This document shows positions 50,951 to 63,696 of a DNA stretch of 64,000 nt, piece by piece (position 1 is the stretch's first letter; each line of letters opens with the position of its first letter). The position numbers and the translations under genes were made by a program. The notes beneath the pieces were generated by a model. That model made no database searches. It saw only the letters and a list, made by a program, of their open reading frames with translations, and was not told the origin of the DNA. The stretch comes from Octopus bimaculoides (taxonomy: Eukaryota): positions 13,453,149 through 13,517,148 of the forward strand of contig NC_068983.1 of NCBI RefSeq assembly GCF_001194135.2. The letters run 5' to 3'.

Positions 50951-51813
50951 AACAGGGATGCGTTCCGGTTGGGATGGTTCTCTCCTGTAAAATTAAGAGT
51001 GACTCTGATCATTTTAAATGTAAATACCGCATCTGAGAATGTCTTTCATGATTGTCTGTAGATCGTTGCTTTGGTCCACTGACGAGCTTTTCTCCTCTTT
51101 CAGTTCCCGCCGGTGTTCACTAATCCTGTCTTGTATATTTCGGGCTGCTATATCAACATGCTAAACTAGAGCATGGGGGGATGTTCTATAGATAACATAG
51201 ACATTAGGACCTTATCGACATATAGAACAGGCACCGCACTCAGACAGATTAGAGACCATTCACATAATACAAAATCGACCGAGCCTCAACAGACTAAATC
51301 GTGAATGATTTGCTCCGTAGTGAAATTATTTTCACACTGGTGGCTCCCATGATTTCGGCGCAAAACGAATCAGTTGCAGCGCAGACTTCAACACGACGGG
51401 TTGGGAGTCTCTATCATGGCACCGCGTACTGAGGAAGCTGAGGCTATTATGCCAGAGCAGAAACGGGTCTACGTGAGTCCGAATACTTGAATGTAAGTTG
51501 GGAGATTGTCTTAACCCGTTTGCCTTCGGACGGTTGATTTCTGTAGTTATCTTCAGTGTATTTTGGCGATTTAAATATGAGTTTTGACTGTTATTTCCAG
51601 CAGGTAGACATACTTAGTATGTCCTTTAATTAATTTTAATCTTTCAGCTTTTTAATATTTTGGAGGGAGGGGGCCTGCAATCGCCTATATTATTGATTCT
51701 GTTATTATCATTTTTAAAATTGTTACACTAGATAATAACACAGTTAATGATATCTTCGCAAATTAATTTTTCTTGAATTATTTTTTCTCGTCAATTATTT
51801 GCCCCGTATATAA

Positions 51814-51893
<80 letters not shown>

Positions 51894-52829
51894 GTAGATA
51901 GATAGATAGATAGATACACGAGCTTTCATACAGTTTCCGTTTAATTAATTTATATAGAAAAAATTGATCGACTCATAGCTGTAGAAGAATACACTACTCA
52001 AAGTGCCATGCAGTGTATTTGAACTCGAAACCACTTGGCTGCAAAGCGAGATTCAGAAAAAAGTAAACAATATCATCACAAAGTTCGCTATCCCTCATCC
52101 AAATGAAAAACATACAATGTCTGAGGGGAAAATAAAGGTAGTGTAAAAGTCTTTGATCAGAATCCCCCTGGCTCGGTGCTGGCCTGAAGCTAAACAGCGG
52201 CTGCAACAACAACCAAATCTGTATTATATATTTAGAGAAGACTCATGTCTCGGTGTCAAATATTGTATTCTTCATTGTATAATTAGCCAACGATCAATAC
52301 ACAACTTCGTTTGTGTTGCTAAATTATTTATATTTTGAAGGAAGAAAGACTTGTTTGTGTTAAACATAGCGGTACATTAACAGTCATTAAACCGAGATAG
52401 ATTTGTCTCAAGGACGTTGTATTTATTTTATGTGAACCAATCTCTATGAATAGAAATGAATCCTATATACCGACCACTTTATAGCTAATTATTTTAGCTT
52501 AGTGGCAAAAGAGATTGAATGTTATAGCGTTAATATCGTGAACGTTTGACTAGGTTTCTTGGTTATTCACCCATTGCTGCAGACAGTGAAAGGATATTGT
52601 TCAGAGAGTGACAATTAAATATACACTTTGCTGAATATCAATCAAATATACAGTTACACAATCGTCTGGAAAATTCTCTGAAATGTATAGGTTAGAGCAA
52701 GTGGACGTTTCGCTTTAGATTATACAGTAAGCCGAGCAGAGGTCCTCAGAACGGTCATGCGACATGCAAGAAATATCAGCCGAATCTTTCTCTTGAATAA
52801 CCGACCTACAATCTTACAAAAAAAGAACT

Positions 52830-53250
52830 CGCTCTGTGGTAAGAAGCTTGCTTCTTACCACATGGTTCCGGGTTCAGTCTCACTGTGTGGCACCTTGGGC
52901 AAATACCTTCTACTATAGCCTCGAGCTGACCAAAGCCTTGTGAGTGGATTTGGTAGACGGAAACTGAAAGAAGTTCGTCGTATATATACATATTTTTTCT
53001 GTCTGTGTCTCCCCCCCCCCACCATCACCGCTTGACAACTAATGTTGGTGTGCTTACACCCACGTAACCTAGCGCTTCGGCAAAAGAGACCGATAGAGTA
53101 GTAGGCTAAAAAAATAAGTCCTGAGAGCGATTTGTTCCATTATAACCGTTCAAGGCGGTGCTCCAGCATGACCGTAGTCAAATTCTTTTATTCTTTTACT
53201 TGTTTCAGTCATTTGACTGCGGCCAAGCTGGAGCACCGCTTTGAAGGATT
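52830..53250 (+). mobile_element. SINE C followed tail-to-tail by an inverted SINE C tail
   Basis: aaggcggtgctccagcatg at ~53152, then its reverse complement at ~53200-53240, before a gap. Confidence 0.85.
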
Positions 53251-54751
53251 NNNNNNNNNNNNNNNNNNNNNNNNNNNNNNNNNNNNNNNNNNNNNNNNNN
53301 NNNNNNNNNNNNNNNNNNNNNNNNNNNNNNNNNNNNNNNNNNNNNNNNNNNNNNNNNNNNNNNNNNNNNNNNNNNNNNNNNNNNNNNNNNNNNNNNNNNN
53401 NNNNNNNNNNNNNNNNNNNNNNNNNNNNNNNNNNNNNNNNNNNNNNNNNNNNNNNNNNNNNNNNNNNNNNNNNNNNNNNNNNNNNNNNNNNNNNNNNNNN
53501 NNNNNNNNNNNNNNNNNNNNNNNNNNNNNNNNNNNNNNNNNNNNNNNNNNNNNNNNNNNNNNNNNNNNNNNNNNNNNNNNNNNNNNNNNNNNNNNNNNNN
53601 NNNNNNNNNNNNNNNNNNNNNNNNNNNNNNNNNNNNNNNNNNNNNNNNNNNNNNNNNNNNNNNNNNNNNNNNNNNNNNNNNNNNNNNNNNNNNNNNNNNN
53701 NNNNNNNNNNNNNNNNNNNNNNNNNNNNNNNNNNNNNNNNNNNNNNNNNNNNNNNNNNNNNNNNNNNNNNNNNNNNNNNNNNNNNNNNNNNNNNNNNNNN
53801 NNNNNNNNNNNNNNNNNNNNNNNNNNNNNNNNNNNNNNNNNNNNNNNNNNNNNNNNNNNNNNNNNNNNNNNNNNNNNNNNNNNNNNNNNNNNNNNNNNNN
53901 NNNNNNNNNNNNNNNNNNNNNNNNNNNNNNNNNNNNNNNNNNNNNNNNNNNNNNNNNNNNNNNNNNNNNNNNNNNNNNNNNNNNNNNNNNNNNNNNNNNN
54001 NNNNNNNNNNNNNNNNNNNNNNNNNNNNNNNNNNNNNNNNNNNNNNNNNNNNNNNNNNNNNNNNNNNNNNNNNNNNNNNNNNNNNNNNNNNNNNNNNNNN
54101 NNNNNNNNNNNNNNNNNNNNNNNNNNNNNNNNNNNNNNNNNNNNNNNNNNNNNNNNNNNNNNNNNNNNNNNNNNNNNNGGCGAAATGCTGCTAAGCATTT
54201 CGCCCGGCGGGGTAACGTTTCTGCCAGTTCGCCGCATTTCAGTTTCTGTCTACCAAATCCACTCACAAGACTTTGTTCGGCCCGAGGCTATAGTAAAAGA
54301 CATTTTCCCAAAGTTCCACGCTGTGGGACTGAACCCGGAACCATGTGATTAAGAAGCAAGTTTCTTACCACACAGCCACGCTGTGTGTATGCCTTATATA
54401 AAAACTAAAAAATGTATCATATAATTTGAGCAAATGCAATTTTTAAAGTCTCAGCTGACACTTAAAACTTTGGTGAAATTTAGCGGGCGGAATGAATCCA
54501 TGCCTTCATCATTTGAAGTCGAAATCTTATTTAGAAGTTCTTTTCACTTTCAGCCTGCCTTCTTCACGCCTATATCTATCTTTCTCTATTTATTTCGGAT
54601 AAATCAGATGTTTTCTAATTATGGTACTCTTACATGATTTCGAATATTTTTGGACTAACTGCGTTTGCGCGTGCGTATGTGTTTGTGTGTGCGTGTGTGT
54701 GAAAGAGAGAGAGAGAACGAGAGAGAGAGAGAGAACGAGAGAGAGAGAGAG

Positions 54752-54801
<50 letters not shown>

Positions 54802-55619
54802 GCATGCGTGTAAGGGTTTGTGTGTGTGTGTGTTGTGTGTGTTGTATGTGAATATGTACCGTATGTGTAATGCCATGTTGAATAAATGAACTGAGATTAA
54901 AACAAGACATGGGAAAGAAAACTGTTAAAAATTAACGTATGTTAAAACTCCGAGGACTCGATCACGTTCTTAGTAGCCGGGTGCATACAAAATATAAACA
55001 GAACTTATTCAGCTGAGTTGGAAATAGCAAATATTCGAATTTAGCTACGGTATACCCAAACGCTTTCGCGTCACGGAATATATTATATACGTCGTGTAAA
55101 TTTTAACATAAATTCTCAGTAAATTTAAATGTCTTCATTTTTACACAATAGAAAGCTGACATCAGCGACCATTAATGTGTGTAGTTCGAATTCATTGCCA
55201 AAAGCCGTAAATTATGTATATTTTTCAAAACACAAAACATTTTTTTAAGCAGGTATCTCCCAAAGAGCTCAAAAGCTATTGAATGTTATGCAATCTAACT
55301 TAATTAAAAACAACTCAAGGCATGTATATCAAAATAAACATATATACCAATTTCATATTTCGCTTTAATTTACATATATTAATTTATATTGCTCTAAGCT
55401 TTTCGTTTATTAAGCTTTCTTAGATATATACATTAAATTCATTCTTATATTTCGAGAAATATGTGTGTGTATGTGCCTGTATACATATATGTAGGCATAT
55501 GCGTGCATATACACAAATATAGATCTATATATAAATTTAATATGCACAATCTTTTTATACTTATGAAAATCATCTTTTAATCCTACATATATATATATAT
55601 ATATACAAACAACAGAAAA

Positions 55620-55720
55620 GATGGCCTTGAAGCAGAAGATTTTAAACTAACGGAGACAACACTCGTATATCACCTGATGAAACACAATTAGATTTCGTTA
55701 TGCAAACACTGTTGCATAAT
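55620..55720 (+). mobile_element. Possible hAT transposase scrap
   Basis: DGLEAEDFKLTETTLVYHLMKHN* loosely resembles the hAT AE..AYH..KHN motif. Confidence 0.3.
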
Positions 55721-55767
55721 CTAGTACCTGTATTCTTGGAGAACTACATCGCGTCGAAACAATTGTA

Positions 55768-55823
<56 letters not shown>

Positions 55824-55879
55824 TTATGTATATATGTATATGTGTATATATATTATATATATGTATATAATATATGATG

Positions 55880-56090
55880 AACAGGCAGACTCGTTGGCAC
55901 GCTGGACATAATGCTTAGCGCCACTTCGTCTGGCTTTACGTTTTGAGTTCAAATTCCGCCGAGGTGGACTTTGCCTTTCATCATCTCAGGGTCAATGAAA
56001 TAAGTACCAGTTGAGTTCTGGCGTCGATGTATTGGGCTAGCGCCCTTCCCTCAAAAATTTGGGACGTTGTGTCTACAGAAGAAAGGGTAA
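55880..56090 (+). mobile_element. SINE A, degenerate
   Basis: gagttcaaattccgccgaggtggactttgcctttcatcatc. Confidence 0.8.
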
Positions 56091-57699
56091 GTATGTACTA
56101 TGTATGTATGTATTTATGTATGTATCTATGCATGTATGTATGCATGCATCCATGCGTGTGTGTATATGTTTATGCATATTTACAGAGCGAGGGACGGAGA
56201 TTGGGGTACATAAAACGGAAAAAAGACTTATAAATTATGTATATGAATATATGTATGCGTTTGTATGTATGTACATATCTCCATGTATAAGTGTATTGTG
56301 TTCTCATGTACAGCCTAGCCTTAATTTTATCATAACTTACTCAGACTTATTCATTACTTGCTCCAGCCTTATCTCAACACTAGACAATTGTAATAACTAT
56401 ATATTTTCCAACAGAAATGGCGTCGTATTCCCCGCGCGTTACAGCAACCTTCTTATTTCATGAGTCATCAATTCGTTTTCCTGTTGATGGTGCTGTCAGA
56501 TAATTTACTTACATCTTCCTGTCTCAGACTAGCTAGCGTGAAATTAGTTAACACGGCCAGCGAATCTCAATGATAGAATATTTAAACATCTGGATAATTA
56601 ACGAGTCTATAAACTGCACGGAAACATATGCAAAAGCAAGAGGGATTTCGACAAAAATATTTGTCAGTGTTTAAAAGAATAGCGGAAGTTATCCTTTCAT
56701 TATATCTTTATCATACTAAAATAATCGTCGCCATTTTGTTTAATGTCGATATACAGCAATACGGCAACAAGTTTTCTGATTTGATTTGGCAGTCATTTTC
56801 TTTTAACTATATAAGTGATACCTCACAGTACGAGTTTAATTCGTTCCATGACCGAGCTTGCCTTACGATTTACTCGTTTTACAAATCAATTTTCCCCACT
56901 GAAATTAACTAGAATATAATTAATCCGTCCAGTCCCCCAAAACCAATCAAAAATAATTTTTTTTATGGGTTTTAAAACAGAAAAGGTATAGTTACAAGTA
57001 AAATAACAATTATAAAAAAGAGAATGAAAAAGAAACATGTAAACTGGGACGATTTGTGTGTTCGTAATGCGAATTTCCGATCGTACTTCAAGGCAAAAAT
57101 TCGCACGAGTCTTGGCCGGTAAAGCAAATTACTCGTACAATGGTGCACTCGTCCTGCGAGGTTATACAGTATTACTTTTTTGTTTTCCTTTTTGTACTCT
57201 TTTCTTTCATTAGACTCTGACCACGCTGGAGCAACACGTTGTGGGGTTGGTCAAACAAATCAATTCCAGTACTTATTATAAGTCTGGTACTTATTTCTCT
57301 CCGTCTCTTTTGCCGAAACGCTAATGTCACAGAACGTAAACGAAGTAACACCGCGTGTCAAGTGGTGAGTTTGGGGTGAGGGGATCACAAGCACAAAGAC
57401 ACACTCACACACACATACATATATACATATACCGCGCACTTCCAGGCAGTTTCCAATTACTAAATTCATCACGAGTCTACGGTAGTAGACACTTGCCCAA
57501 TGTACAGAACAATGGATACGAACCCGAGACCACGAGATTGTGAAACATACCTCTTAGCCGCACATGCATGTATGGTCCTGGATTATATACAACCATATGA
57601 CTACCTTTAACAAATACTTCCGTGTTTATCAATTCTTATATAATGGTTTTTAAATCGTTATATATTTAATATGTACACTGTCATTCCATAGGTTATCAA

Positions 57700-57976
57700 G
57701 GCGGGGGTTCCAATTTGATCCAATCAACGGAACAGCCTGCTCGTAAAATTAACGTGCATACCCTTAACGTAGTTCTCAAGGGAACTTAACGTGACATGGA
57801 GTGCAACACGTCTGGTCCTTTGAAATGCAGCTACAACTTATTTTTGTCAGTTGAGCGAACTGGAACAACGTGAAATAAAGTGCCTTGCTGAAGGGCACAA
57901 CGACCCGTGGGGTATGGAACTCAGGACATTACGATCGTGATCCGAAAACCTTAGCCACTGAGCCACGTGCATTCAC
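57700..57976 (-). mobile_element. Mosaic SINE: D-type head joined to B-type tail
   Basis: 57840-57976 resembles the family D 5' half; 57700-57830 resembles the family B 3' half. Confidence 0.65.
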
Positions 57977-58134
57977 TGATGTGAAAAATGCAGTATAGAC
58001 GAATGTTTAAGAAGTTCAATTCGCGACCATGAGGTCTTGGGTTCGATTCCACCGTGTGACATCTTCAGTAAACATCATATTCTATATCCTTGGGTCCATG
58101 CATACTTTTCAATTGAAATTGAGTGAACGGAAGC

Positions 58135-58510
58135 TACTCTTTTACTCTTTTACTTGTTTCAGTCATTTGACTGTGGCCACGCTGGAGCACCGCCTTTAGT
58201 CGAGCAAATCGACCCCAGGACTTATACTTTGTATGCCTAGTACTAATTCTATCGGCCACTTTTGCCAATCGCTAAGCTACAGGGACGTAAACACACCAGC
58301 ATCGGTTGTCAAGTGATGTTGGGGGGACAAACACACACACACAAACACACGCACACGCATACATACATGTATGTTTCCGTCTACCAAATCCACTCACAAG
58401 GCTTTGGTCGGCCCGTGGCTATAGTAGAAGACACTTGTCCAAGGTACCACGCTGTGGGACTGAACCCGGAATCATGTGGTTGGTAAGCAAGCCATTTACC
58501 ACACACCCAC
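58135..58510 (-). mobile_element. SINE C
   Basis: Tail, body and head all recognisable. Confidence 0.88.
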
Positions 58511-58561
58511 TCCTTCGCCTACAACCCAGCCACTCATAGAAATCTCTCGGATGAATTGTAC

Positions 58562-58711
58562 CTGTAATTTAGACAGTAAAGCTTTGTCACTCGTAAATTT
58601 AGGAAAAGATAATTCAGATGATCGAACAAATGTATCTTCATCGCCAAACGATGGAGAACCATTCATCCCATCATTCATATTTAATGTGAAACATTCTGTT
58701 TTACATATTTC
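58562..58711 (-). CDS. Candidate internal exon (EICKTECFTLNMNDGMNGSPSFGDEDTFVRSSELSFPKFTSDKALLSKLQ)
   Basis: 150 nt, phase 0/0, CAG|GTACAA donor, ctaacag acceptor (weak polypyrimidine). No protein family recognised. Confidence 0.4.
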
Positions 58712-59606
58712 CTGTTAGCTTGTAAGAGTTGATATTTTTTTGATTTGAATTAAGTGATTTTAGATGAAAAATAAGAGTGTAAATACCCAGGGGCACTTAC
58801 TTCACGAAGAGGAATTTTTTAATTCATTGCTAAAATACTTAAATTTTGAATTAATTAAACTTACACCCATAGTGAAGAGGAAAAGTATTAACATAGTGAT
58901 TAATTCTGATCAAAGAGTGTATGGGAGACAACTCCGAAATTTCAGTTAATAAAGACTGATTATATATTGAATGTGGGGGAGAACGTGTATTGAATTTGAA
59001 CAATACCAGTACAGTGACAACTTAATTAGACCTCTTCAGTACAGTATGGTGTTACAAGTACTACGAAACCTAAGATGCCAGATATGTGTGTGTGTGATAC
59101 AGAGATAGCGAGAGGGAGGGAGAGTTATTAAAGAAAAAAAAGCGATAGGCGTGACAGCTTCTTCAGTGAGAGACTGATTAATGTCAACTATTTATTTAAC
59201 ATAGATAGTATTGTATTAGATCAAAGGTTATATCATATAAATAGAATATTCTAATATATATATATTTTTTTTTTAATGATTTTACTATAATAAACTTCGG
59301 CTAAGTCTATGTATTTTACGATATCTATTTTATAATTAACTTTGTTATTTCTTTTAAAGATAATATAAGGTGAATGAAAGAAAGAAAATTTAGTTCGTTT
59401 GAGTTCAGGCTATCGATAAAAAGACTTAACATCATACCATTAAGTGCTGAATATAGCCAAAGTGGAATTTATCACATCATTAAAACAGTTTCTGTCTGAT
59501 TATTTCAGCTGAGTTTGATTTAAGATAAAAATATAATATAGTGCAGGAAATATATTGATTCTGATAGGGATCGCAAAGTATCTTAGCAATTGTCAAGAGA
59601 CTTTAA

Positions 59607-59665
<59 letters not shown>

Positions 59666-59731
59666 TCTTTCAATCAACAAAGTTCTGAAATGTTGTTTGA
59701 TAAAGAGTAGCAGATTTATAAAATAACGCAC

Positions 59732-59830
59732 CATAATGTCTCGGAAGACACTAAGTCTCATTTCAACTACTTCTGTCTGTTGCGCCACCTGTCTACTTTC
59801 AAAATCTGATGCATCACAATAATTTAATAC
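59732..59830 (-). CDS. Candidate internal exon (VLNYCDASDFESRQVAQQTEVVEMRLSVFRDIM)
   Basis: 99 nt, phase 0/0, ATG|GTGCGT donor. Joins in frame to 58562-58711. Acceptor weak. Confidence 0.35.
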
Positions 59831-60528
59831 CTATTATGTTGTTGTCAGGAAGGACTGCACTCACTAACACAGCGTTTAGATACGATATAAAGCAATATGT
59901 TTTAAATAGTGCTAGGGGCAAATTACAACGTGCAAAATTATTTCGCTGCCGTATCCTTCATATCCTGTCCCTGACTCGATAATAAAGTCAGTAAAACATT
60001 TCTTTTTCCGAAATGCTTTTTTAAGAGTTTTTATCTGATTATCTTATTTATTATTATTATTTTTTTAATTTACAAGAAAAAGAACTTGTTGAACTTATGG
60101 AAGTGGCTGACATACTTGGGGGCTTGGGATAAATTATTCATTAGCTATTGTCTGGTAATTAAAAGAAAAGATGAAGGTAGATAAGAAGACACAAGGAGAG
60201 AGAAAATGAAAAAAATGGACAAAACAATGAAAGCCAGTAAGAGTTTGTTTGTTCGCAACTTTTTATATAAGATTTAAATCGCTCTGTAATGTTTTATAGT
60301 TGTTTCGGATTTTGATTCTTTCTTTTAAAGCTAACAAAAAATGCGACAGGGAGAATGAAAAATTATTGAATGTTTTAGCAATTTCTCACAGAATAACAAA
60401 TGATATAGATCAGGTTTCATTGAAAGCCATACAAGTAGAATTTTTTATTTTTTATTTTTTCAGTTTAAACGAATATCTTATTTATAATTAAGTTAAGAAA
60501 TTTTACTACAAATGATTATAGTCTAGAA

Positions 60529-60831
60529 CAGGGTTTCTCAAACTGCGGTCCGCAAGGACAAGACAGGGGGTCCGTAGAAAGCCAAGACAGGGGGTCCGTG
60601 CAGAGCCAAGCAAGCACATCCTTCTCACTAAGTATGTATTAAAAAAATCCTGTGTGTATATTTGACAATAAACCTGTTTGCTAAATACTGTTAAATAAAT
60701 AAATGTAAAAATATGGTATTTTAAGCAAATATTTATGTATAAATTTCATAAGCGTTTATAAGGGGGTCGGTCCCTAAGGTAAAGCCTGAAATATAAAGGG
60801 GTCCGCAAGTCAAAAAGTTTGAAAACCCCTG
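60529..60831. mobile_element. hAT-type MITE (non-autonomous)
   Basis: TIRs cagggtttctcaaact / agtttgaaaacccctg. Exact 8-bp TSD gtctagaa at 60521-60528 and 60832-60839. Confidence 0.93.
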
Positions 60832-61166
60832 GTCTAGAATGTATACAAATGTATTGTGGCTCGCATTACGGCCAAATGATGCCATATGCACAGCCCATCG
60901 TCGGTGCCCTTTCAACCTGAACAATGCCAACATGACAAAGCATAACTGATGTATATAAAATAATAAGATTAAAAAATTTTTCTTCTAAGCCGCCTCTAAC
61001 ACCAGACCTCGCAATTTCAACTATTGAATACAACCTTTCTTTTTATAAAATTTTATTTCATTAGCAGTAAATAGTGACAATATAAATAAATTATTTACGT
61101 ATAACAGGAATAACAGGAAAAAATTTCAAATTTTCAGCACTTTTCTAAATTATTTATTAGCTCTTT

Positions 61167-61542
61167 ACGGAGATGTACTTGCATAGCAAGTGACTTGATC
61201 TGAGATCGTGTGTGTACTGGAACGAAAACAGTTGCAGCGTGGAATGTGTTTATAAGCCATTTAAGAAACACACAAAAACCGTTAGATTCACTTCAGCATT
61301 TAAATTTGATTTGCCAAAATATTTTCGTCGCTTTGAGACCGCGACTTGTTCATTGACAAAATTTCGTGCTTCATCTGAGTCCTGAGTTCAAGTGGTGCAG
61401 CACGAAATTTTGTCAGTGAACAAGTCGCGGTCTCAAAGCGACGAAAATATTTTGGCAAATTAAATTTAAATGTTGAAGTGAATCTAACGGCTTTTGTGTG
61501 TTTCTTAAATGGCTTATAAACACCTTCCACGCTGCAATTGTT
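61167..61542. repeat. Long palindrome (arms ~61227-61373 / 61396-61542) in a Penelope pLTR-like repeat, containing hammerhead-like motifs
   Basis: About 145-bp arms with ~7 mismatches and a ~22-28 nt loop. Starts acggag, like the 5608 element. Confidence 0.85.
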
Positions 61543-61989
61543 TATCAACTCTTATTATTTACTTTTTACACCACGGTAAAAAAAAGCTCCAGTACTGGAG
61601 AAAATGTGATGTCTTTTTCCTAGATGCCAACCAATGCCCATCGAGTGGATCTGGTGCGCATACGCGTCTATGTGCTGTGTTTATCATTTACCGCTTGACA
61701 ACTGGTGTTGGTTTATTTACGCGTCCGCGAGTTAGCGGTTCAACAAATATGACCCACTGAATAATTATCAAATTTTAAGACAAAATTATGTAACAGTCGA
61801 TTTGTTTAACTTTACCTTTCAATGTGGTACCCCAACATGGCCACATCCAATGCGTGGAACAAAAGCTAAATGAATGACATCTAAGCATGTTTAGTATCTA
61901 TTTTTGTTGTCTTTTTGTTTAGGGGTCCCTTTTCAGGACTTCTGATATCGGTGAAATGAAGAGAGGAATTTAGGTTCTGACTAATGGAT

Positions 61990-62880
61990 CAGAATGTTTG
62001 AACTTGAGTTGTTCCCGTCTAAGAACTTCCAAATGCCAGGTGATGGTACTAAAGTGGTTGACGTGTTTAAATGCTTTAAAAATGGTGGTCAGTGGGTGAA
62101 AGATCAGGAGAATATGGAAATTGTGGGAGAGTCCCGAATCCGAAGTTTTTGGGTTTCTACAGCATCATTCTTGTAACATATGGCTTTGCATTATCGTGGA
62201 GCAGAATTGGGCCACGCTGATTCACCAATGCAGGTCTCATTTTCTGCTGTAATGCTCTGATTGGCTTTCAGAAAGCTGTAATGGACAACACCAATTGCAG
62301 ACCACCAGACAGTCGCCATAATCTTTTGCTGATGCAACTTTGGCTTTGAGAAATGTTTGGAAGACTCATCACGATCAAGCCATTGACCTGATCGTTTATG
62401 GTTATCATAAAGGATCTACTTTCCGTCACAACTGACTATTAGGTCAAGAAAAGGATCATTCGGTGTTTTACAGAAAGAGAATCGAGCACACTTCAAAACG
62501 CTGAACTTTTTGATTTTCATTGAGCTCATCTGGTACCCATTTATCGAGCTTTTTCACCTTACCAATCTTCTGCAGATTGCGTGACATCATTGCAATGCCG
62601 ACACCAAGTGCCTTAGACATTTTTCTGACACTTTGACGTGGGTTTTATTCAACAATTGCTTTCAATCGTTCACTGTCAAGAATGCATGACCGTCCTCTGA
62701 CTTCTTCATCTTCAAGGCTCTCACCGCCACTGCGGAATTTCTGTAACTACCTTCGTACAGTGCAATCACTTGTGGAACCTCTCCCCATACGCTGTTGATA
62801 TCGGCAGCAGTTTAAGTCATTGTGCCCAGGTCTGAACTCATGCAAGAAAATTAAGCGAAGGTTCTTTTTAATTATGTTTA
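61990..62880 (-). mobile_element. Degenerate mariner transposase
   Basis: Minus translation VKKLDKWVPDELNENQKVQRFEVCS...DPFLDLIVSCDGK*ILYDNHKRSGQWLD (WVP linker and first catalytic D). Confidence 0.88.
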
Positions 62881-63609
62881 TAATTAAGGGCACTTATGCT
62901 TCAAGAATATTTTCTGTCTGAAATAAGTAGAAAGTTATTAAGTATGTCGAAATTCACCTAAAATATAATTATAATATTATGATAAAATTGCATTTCAAAA
63001 CACAATACTTAGTACGGCCATTATTTTCGGAACAACCTAATGTGATTATGAGGACGAGTATTTGTATATTTGTAGTAACTTTGGAGGATTTACTGTTGAG
63101 TACTGTTGATGTGTTTGAGAAAAGAATCCTAGGTAGCATGTACCAGGTTTTCCTTATTGTCTTAGTTGCCAATGCAGTTGCGAGCAAACATACAAACTGT
63201 CTCCGGCCATCCTGGTCCTTGCTCCGGAGGAACATCGGGGATGCAACAGCTGGAGGAGGGAAGCAACTGGTGCTTATTTTCAACTGAACAGACTGATTGA
63301 TATAACGTGAGATGAAATGCCTTGTTCAAGAGCACAATGCATTGTTCCACCGAGGAATCGAACCCATGCCTTTCTGATCGTCATCCTAATTCTCTAATAC
63401 TATTTACTGAATGTCTTAGAGTGGTGGCAAGAGATTAGGAGACTAGGTTGCCATGTAATTTTAATGTTAACAGGAACGGTCTAAGGACTTCTCTAGCGTA
63501 CCACCAAGCTTGCATACTGCTGGGAGCATTTTAATGATTTCGAAGTAAGCGTGAATTTCATTGCAGATGTGCAACGTGCAACGAGATACAAATTTAAATA
63601 TTATTTTGC

Positions 63610-63696
63610 CCATTGAATCGTAAATTGAGACGATTGTGCTGCAGTACTTTCCATTGAATCGTAAATTGAGACGATTGTGCTGCAGTACTTTCCATT
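63610..63696. repeat. Perfect 41-bp tandem duplication
   Basis: ccattgaatcgtaaattgagacgattgtgctgcagtacttt x2, plus ccatt. Confidence 0.95.

Noticed and set aside
10895-54352. Long ORFs containing X runs (e.g. 26925..28367, 28535..29752, 53132..54352)
   Set aside because: They are open only because N gaps contain no stop codons.
7511-55830. [16 protein letters not shown] repeat ORFs
   Set aside because: Translations of dinucleotide and tetranucleotide microsatellites.
60077-63132. Plus-strand exon candidates 60077-60154 (KKNLLNLWKWLTYLGAWDKLFISYCL), 60331-60440 and 63076-63132
   Set aside because: Individually plausible splice sites, but the phases do not chain and two overlap or adjoin better-supported minus-strand candidates; left unresolved.
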